NCBI GenBank assembly: GCA_963815115.1
Contig: CAWFFN010000005.1
Coordinates: 1,248,001-1,312,000, forward strand
Origin: an uncultured delta proteobacterium
GTDB lineage: Bacteria; Desulfobacterota; Binatia; DP-6
Length of the DNA stretch: 64,000 nt
Reading direction: 5' to 3'
Shown here: positions 58,766 to 64,000 of the stretch, piece by piece
Layout: every line of letters begins with the position of its first letter
Numbering within the stretch: position 1 is the first letter of the stretch
The notes under the pieces: generated by a model
The model's input: only the letters and a program-made list of their open reading frames with translations
Told to the model about the DNA's origin: nothing
Databases searched by the model: none
Translations under genes and position numbers: made by a program

Positions 58766-59840
58766 CCAGGAAGACGGGCGCGCCCACCCGCTCGGTGATG
58801 ACGTTGAGCCCGTGCGTGAGGATGCCGCCCGCGACCAGCCCGAGCAGGCTGCCCGCAAGGCCGAGGAGCACGGCCTCCAGCACCAGCCGGCCGACGATCT
58901 GGGCGCGGGTCGCTCCCACCACCCGCCACAGCCCGATCTCACGGCGCCGCTCCACCATGGCCGTGATGGTGGTGTTGGCGACCGCCAGTGTTGCCACCAG
59001 CAGCGCCACCAGGCCGCCTCCCTCGATCACGCCCCTCAGAAAGGCGAGGGTGCGGTCGAGCTGCGCTTCGGCCTGTGCGGGTGACACGACCGACAGGCCA
59101 GGCACGTGGTCGCGGATGCGCTGGGCGAGCGCCTCCGGATCCTCGCCCTCGTTCCAGAAGACTGCGGCCGCGGTGGCGATCGGCAGCACCGTCGCCCCCG
59201 GTATGAGCGTGAGACGGCGGAGCACCGGCTCGCTGTCGAGCAGCAGGCGCTCGGCGGTGGCGAAGGGCATCATCACGAAGCTGTCCGGGCCGGTCAGGGT
59301 GGGCTCGAGCACCCCCACGACCCGGAAATCGTGTCCGCGCACCCGGATCGTCGAGCCGAGGTCCGCTCCGAAGCGCTTGGCCACCTGGCTCCCGATGACC
59401 ACCTCGTTGCCATCCGGGGCGGGGATGAACTGGCCCACACGGACGCGCGGCGGTGGCGAACGGCTGTTGCGGGTGAGGAGCGCCGCGTCCACCCCGAAGA
59501 CGAGGGGGGCCAGGGTGAAGGGCATGGAGGTGGGGCTCTCCGCGACCGGGAACATGACGATCGGTGCGACCTCGGCGACGCCCGGGACCTGGCGGACTCC
59601 CTCCAGCTGCTCGCCGGCGACCAGGGCCCCGCGGGACATGCCGGTGCCGATGTCCCCGCCGGCACCGCTGACCGTGATCTGACCGGCACCGAAGTCGCGT
59701 CCGCCCTCGACCAGGCGGCTCGTCCGCTCCGAGAGCGCTCCCAGGAGGACCAGCGCGGCCGCCCCGATGGCGATCCCGCCGGCGGTGAGCATGCTTCGTA
59801 GCGCGTGCCGGCGCAGCTCCCGGATCGCGTGGCGGAGCAT
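58644..59840 (-). CDS. MacB/FtsX-family ABC permease
   Basis: RS.LT..GIAIG, periplasmic domain, ERRREIGL.R.VGA, P.EALRY. Confidence 0.88.
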   Translation of the reverse strand: MLRHAIRELRRHALRSMLTAGGIAIGAAALVLLGALSERTSRLVEGGRDFGAGQITVSGAGGDIGTGMSRGALVAGEQLEGVRQVPGVAEVAPIVMFPVAESPTSMPFTLAPLVFGVDAALLTRNSRSPPPRVRVGQFIPAPDGNEVVIGSQVAKRFGADLGSTIRVRGHDFRVVGVLEPTLTGPDSFVMMPFATAERLLLDSEPVLRRLTLIPGATVLPIATAAAVFWNEGEDPEALAQRIRDHVPGLSVVSPAQAEAQLDRTLAFLRGVIEGGGLVALLVATLAVANTTITAMVERRREIGLWRVVGATRAQIVGRLVLEAVLLGLAGSLLGLVAGGILTHGLNVITERVGAPVFLVTPRLVAAAALLPPALAALAALPPVLQATRRAPVEALRYA

Positions 59841-59985
59841 GGATGCCTGCTCGTAGATGAGGGGTCGATGGGGTGCAACCCGACCGGCGTGCGCCTCCGC
59901 GGCGGGGAGAAAACTGGGCGCCTCCCGTCGACCAACGCCGGCTCCTGCGCTACACTCCGCGCAATCGGTGCCAGGAGGTGACGCG

Positions 59986-61983
59986 GTGGGCGATGAGGCA
60001 CAGGAACGCGTTCCGGCGAGCGAGCTGACGACCGGGTCGAACGTGCCTGCCCGCGTGCGCTCGGCCTTCCTCGCGCGAGGCCGGACCCGCGCCCCCGAGC
60101 CAAGGGTGCGCTTCGGATGGTCGCTGTTGCCGGGGCTCGCCTGTCTCGGGCCCTCGCAGCGATCCGCGGCGGGACCGATCCTCGTCGCCGCGGATGCCCT
60201 GCGCGCGGAACGTCTCACTCTGCTCGGCCGTACCGCACCGTGTGATCGGGGCGTCGACTGGGCGGCGCGCGACGCCACGCCATCGTGGCGCGTCGCACTG
60301 CACGGCCTGGAGCACTTGATGCCTGCGGGCTTCGCCGCCGCCCTCGCGGAATCTCCGCAGGAGCGGGCGACGTGGTGGGAGCTGGTCAGGGCACACCTGC
60401 TCGACTGGCTGCACGAAGGACGCCGCGGCCACGGCGCCGCTGCACGGCTCGAGGCTCAGACGCGGCGGACGACCAATCTCATCCGCCTGGCCACCATCTT
60501 CTCCGAGGAGCTGCTCGCCGACCCGGATGCGCGCCGCGCGCTGCTGGACGCCGTCTACACCGACGCCACCTCGCTGGCGGTGACGGTGCCGCGCCAGCCC
60601 GCGGACGTGTGGCTCGTAGTGGGCGCGAACGCCCTCTTCACGGCCGGCCGCTTCTTCGACGGCGAGGAGGCGCGCGGGTGGGTCGAGAGCGCCACCGCGA
60701 TCCTGTGGCGCCAGCTGCGGGAGCTGGTGCACGACGACGGCGGCCTGCGCGATCGCAACCCTGCTCGCCACGCCCTGGCGCTCGCGGAATACCTCGAGGT
60801 CCTCGCCTCGCTGTGGACGGCGATGGAGGAGATCCCGGCGTGGGAGCGCAAGCGGGTCAAGGCGATGGCGTACTGCCTCGCGCGCCTGCTGCACCCGAGT
60901 GGCGAGCTCGCGCTGGGCGACGGGGGCACCCTCGCGCCGCCGCACCCCGGTCGCGAGCTTCTCTCGGTGGCCGCAGTCGTGCTGGAGGAGCCCGCCCTCT
61001 CGGCACCGGGCGACCTGCCCGGCATCTGGCCGCTCGCCATCCTCGGCGAGCGGGGCCGGCGCGTGTATCAGGGCCTCGCGCGTCTGCCGCAGGCGCCGGC
61101 GCCGCGCGCGCTCAGGCGTACGGGTTTCTACGTGCTGCCCGGCGCCGACGGGGACGTCATGGTGCTCGACGCCTCCGCGTCGGGCGCGGGCGGCCGCATC
61201 GGAGGGTTCGCCTTCGAGCTGTCGGTCGGCGGCCAGCTCCTGATCGTCGGCGCGGGAGCCGGCGCCGACGACGGCCATCCCATGGCGCCGTACGCGCGCA
61301 GCGCTCGGGCGCGCAACGTCGTCCTCGACCGCCAGACCCTCGCGCCCCTGCCGGGACGAGGCGCCCACGAAGCCCATATCTACTGGACCATGCGGGACGG
61401 CCTCCTGTGCTTCTCCGGCCTCGACCAGCGCAGCGCGGACCTTCGCCACCGGCGCTGCGTCTTCTGTCTGCCGGGCCGCTTCTGGATCGTCTGCGACGAG
61501 CTGATAGGCAACGGGCACTGGGAGGGCGAATCGCTGGTGCACCTGCATCCGCAGGCGCGGCTGCTGGCGACGTGCGCCGGGCGGCCGTCGTTCGTTGCCG
61601 AGCGCTCCGAGACGTCGCGGGTGGCCATCGTCCTCGCTAGCGGCGGCGAGGTACGGGTGCACACCGGTCTCGCCGGAGCCAGGCCACAGGGATGGTATGC
61701 GACGGGTCCTGGCGAGTTCGTGCCCGCCCCCGCTCTGTCGGTCACGGTCGAGGGTGCGCTGCCGCTGGTCACCGGCTATGCGCTGCTCCCGCGCAGCGCG
61801 AAACCGGCCACCCTCGCCGTCGAGCGCGATGCCTTCCAGCTGAGCGCCGTGCTGCGGCAGGGCGACGAGGAGTTCGCGATCACCGTGATGGAGCACGACG
61901 TCGAGCTCGCCCGGCGCCGGCCGTCACTCGAGGGCCCCGCTCCGGACCAGCTCGGTGATGAGCGCCTCGTCGTAGCCGAGTAG
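59986..61983 (+). CDS. Heparinase II/III-like protein, apparently degenerate active site
   Basis: QL.E.V.DDGG, LHPSGE.AL.D, TGFYVL, FELSVGG..LIV, H.R.V…FWIV.DEL, HLHP; AGGAGG RBS. Confidence 0.75.
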   Translation: MGDEAQERVPASELTTGSNVPARVRSAFLARGRTRAPEPRVRFGWSLLPGLACLGPSQRSAAGPILVAADALRAERLTLLGRTAPCDRGVDWAARDATPSWRVALHGLEHLMPAGFAAALAESPQERATWWELVRAHLLDWLHEGRRGHGAAARLEAQTRRTTNLIRLATIFSEELLADPDARRALLDAVYTDATSLAVTVPRQPADVWLVVGANALFTAGRFFDGEEARGWVESATAILWRQLRELVHDDGGLRDRNPARHALALAEYLEVLASLWTAMEEIPAWERKRVKAMAYCLARLLHPSGELALGDGGTLAPPHPGRELLSVAAVVLEEPALSAPGDLPGIWPLAILGERGRRVYQGLARLPQAPAPRALRRTGFYVLPGADGDVMVLDASASGAGGRIGGFAFELSVGGQLLIVGAGAGADDGHPMAPYARSARARNVVLDRQTLAPLPGRGAHEAHIYWTMRDGLLCFSGLDQRSADLRHRRCVFCLPGRFWIVCDELIGNGHWEGESLVHLHPQARLLATCAGRPSFVAERSETSRVAIVLASGGEVRVHTGLAGARPQGWYATGPGEFVPAPALSVTVEGALPLVTGYALLPRSAKPATLAVERDAFQLSAVLRQGDEEFAITVMEHDVELARRRPSLEGPAPDQLGDERLVVAE

Positions 61984-63138
61984 ATCCGCCAGCACGGTCG
62001 AGGTGTCGCGGCCATACGTTGGTGCGTCGTCGGGGACGATCGCCGGCGTGCGCGAGAGATGAAAGCGCGTCGCCTCGATCGTGGTCGCTCCGAGGCTCTC
62101 GTGCGGAACGCGGAGGAAGTGGCCGCGGTGGGCGAGCTGGGGGTCGGCGCACAGCGCCGCGCTGTCCTGGACCGCGCTCGCCGCGACGCCGTGTGCCTGG
62201 AGCAGGGCCTCGATCGCCGCCGCGTCACGCGGCCTGGTCCAGGCGGCCAGCTCGTCGTCGAGCGCCGCCTCGTGCGCGCGGCGCGCGTCGGCGCTGGCGA
62301 AACGCGGGTCGCAGGCGAGCTCGGCACGTCCCATGGCGGTGCACAGCGCCCGGAACGGCGGGTCGCCGTCGACGGCGATGGCCACCCAGCGGTCGTCGCC
62401 CGCCGCGGGATAGACGCCGTGCGGGACCAGGTCCCGGTCGCGATTGCCGACCCGGCCGGGCAGCCGGCCGTTGGCGACGTGATCGAGCAGCGCGGCGCCG
62501 AGGAGGTGCAGCGACGCCTCGGCCTGGGAGAGGTCGATGTACTGCCCGGCTCCCGTGCGGCGCCGGTACTCCAGGGCCGCCAGGATCGCCGCCGCGATGA
62601 AGCGCGGCGACACGTAGTCGGTGTATGCGCTGAACGGGCCCGCCGGCGGGCGATCGGGCCAGCCGCCGAGGTTCGAGAACCCCGAGACCGCGGCGGCGAG
62701 GTTGCCGTAGCCGGCGAACGACGCCCACGGGCCCGTCTGTCCCATGAGACAGGTGCTGAGCATCACGACGTCGGCCTTGACGGTTCGGAGCGCGTCGTAG
62801 TCGAGCCCCCACCGGCGCATCACCCCGGGCGCGAACGACTCCGTCACCACGTCGGCCCAGCGCACCAGGTCGAGCACCACCGCGCGGCCCTCCGGGCGGC
62901 TCGGATCCAGGGTGAGCATGCGCTTGTTCGCGTTGGCGTTGTGGAACAGCGCGGAGCGCTCGGCTCCGGGCCGGCCGCCGTGGAACGGCGCGAGCGTTCG
63001 CGCCGTGTCGATCCGGCGCGTCGACTCGACCCGCACCACCGTGGCGCCGTAGTCGGCCAGGACGCGGGTGGCGGACGGGCCTGCGATGACCCACATGAAG
63101 TCGAGTATCTTGACGTCGGAGAGCGGCGCGGCGGCCAT
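61924..63138 (-). CDS. Family III CoA-transferase (CaiB/BaiF; BbsF-like)
   Basis: V.ILDF.W..AGP…LADYGA.V..VES, N.NKR..TLD, ADVV.ESF.PG, catalytic Asp in YTDY. Confidence 0.92.
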   Translation of the reverse strand: MAAAPLSDVKILDFMWVIAGPSATRVLADYGATVVRVESTRRIDTARTLAPFHGGRPGAERSALFHNANANKRMLTLDPSRPEGRAVVLDLVRWADVVTESFAPGVMRRWGLDYDALRTVKADVVMLSTCLMGQTGPWASFAGYGNLAAAVSGFSNLGGWPDRPPAGPFSAYTDYVSPRFIAAAILAALEYRRRTGAGQYIDLSQAEASLHLLGAALLDHVANGRLPGRVGNRDRDLVPHGVYPAAGDDRWVAIAVDGDPPFRALCTAMGRAELACDPRFASADARRAHEAALDDELAAWTRPRDAAAIEALLQAHGVAASAVQDSAALCADPQLAHRGHFLRVPHESLGATTIEATRFHLSRTPAIVPDDAPTYGRDTSTVLADLLGYDEALITELVRSGALE

Positions 63139-63140
63139 GG

Positions 63141-64000
63141 TCAGACGATCCCGCGGCGGACGAGGCCGTCCACGTCGAGGCCGAGCTCGTTCCCGTAGAT
63201 CTCGGCGTTGTGCTCGCCGACGGTCGGGGGCCTGCGCCGGTAGCGGATCGGGGATGCGGCGAACCGCGCGAAGGGGCCTGGATGGGGGAAGGCGCGGCCG
63301 AGCTCCGGATGCTCGAGGCGCTGCCAGTAGTCGCGCGCGGCGAGCTGCGGGCTCGCGACCACCTCGTCGAGCGTCGAGACCGGCGCGATGAGCAGCCCGC
63401 GGGCCAGAGCCAGGGCGAGCAGCTCGGCCTTCGTCCGCCTGCGCGTGCAGGCGTCGATGCAGGCTTTCACGCGCTCGAACTCGTCGAGCGGCTCCGCACC
63501 CGAGAGCAGGAGATCGCCGTAGCGGATCCAGTCCTTGTCCCGCGTCGTGGTGTCGCAGAACCCCTCCTCGTGCACCCACTCCATCAGTCGTCGCGCAAAC
63601 GGCCCGATGGCGGAGCCGAAGAGAAAGGCGATCGCCACGTGGCCGTCGCGAGCCGGGAAGACGAAGCGGAGCGTGAAGCCGCCGTGCTTGATGCCGCCCG
63701 CCACGCGGTGGACCTGCGGCGCGCCCACGGCGGCGCACAGGATGTAGGACTGCGTCGCGAGCGCCAGTGCCTGCTGGGCGGAGACGTCGACGTGCTGGCC
63801 GCGGCCGGAGCGCTGGCGCTCGTGGTGCGCGATCAGTGCTCCCACGGCGGCCTCCGCGCCGGCATGAAGGTACGCCTGTGGCACCGGCAGCCGCACCGGC
63901 GGCCGGTCGTCGTCGCCCGTCAGCAGCAGCGGGCCGCCGGCGGCGAGGAGGATCAGGTCGCTGTCGGCAAGGGCGGCCCTGGGACCGGTCTGCCCGAACG
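63141..64000 (-). CDS. Family III CoA-transferase (BbsE-like partner), 5' part outside window
   Basis: FGQTGP, SG.GQHVDVSAQ, PP.VGEHN.EI; lacks the catalytic Asp. Confidence 0.88.
   Translation of the reverse strand, partial: FGQTGPRAALADSDLILLAAGGPLLLTGDDDRPPVRLPVPQAYLHAGAEAAVGALIAHHERQRSGRGQHVDVSAQQALALATQSYILCAAVGAPQVHRVAGGIKHGGFTLRFVFPARDGHVAIAFLFGSAIGPFARRLMEWVHEEGFCDTTTRDKDWIRYGDLLLSGAEPLDEFERVKACIDACTRRRTKAELLALALARGLLIAPVSTLDEVVASPQLAARDYWQRLEHPELGRAFPHPGPFARFAASPIRYRRRPPTVGEHNAEIYGNELGLDVDGLVRRGIV

Overview
High-GC bacterial chromosomal segment, densely coding, with about 60 CDS. There is no rRNA, intact tRNA, CRISPR array, integrase or transposase. Several protein styles recall Candidatus Binatia (Binatota/Desulfobacterota_B): Cys-paired 'C..AK.KAAG.K' secreted modules, Thr linkers and an 'LAVLE.AV...WFAS.D..W.FSF.N.C' family. 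That placement is an inference from memory only. Content: lipid/aromatic catabolism genes (MDR, crotonase, two paralogous P450s, SDRs, PaaK-like ligase, CoA-transferase pair), an arsenic cluster (arsR-acr3-arsC-arsC and divergent arsI/cadI-pstS), two exported acetamidase-family paralogues, a ~2.55 kb tandem duplication of a 734-aa secreted Cys-rich protein, a collagen-like protein next to a beta-barrel, marR-leuCD, cysE and recQ. The main hidden signals are: (1) an exported rhodanese whose frame reads through an in-frame TGA followed by a SECIS-like hairpin, a likely selenoprotein that the ORF track truncates; (2) a translationally coupled operon where a DUF318/ArsP-type metal permease is fused to an HflK SPFH domain, followed by hflC and a second hflK with no ftsH, the best candidate for an undescribed system; (3) a duplicated promoter, a 14-bp palindrome and a long 5' leader with compensatory base changes, a candidate cis-regulatory RNA; (4) a decayed tRNA-Ala(GGC) copy resembling an att scar; (5) gene remnants, a probable recQ frameshift and a heparinase-like pseudoenzyme. 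All calls come from reading the sequence; no searches were run.
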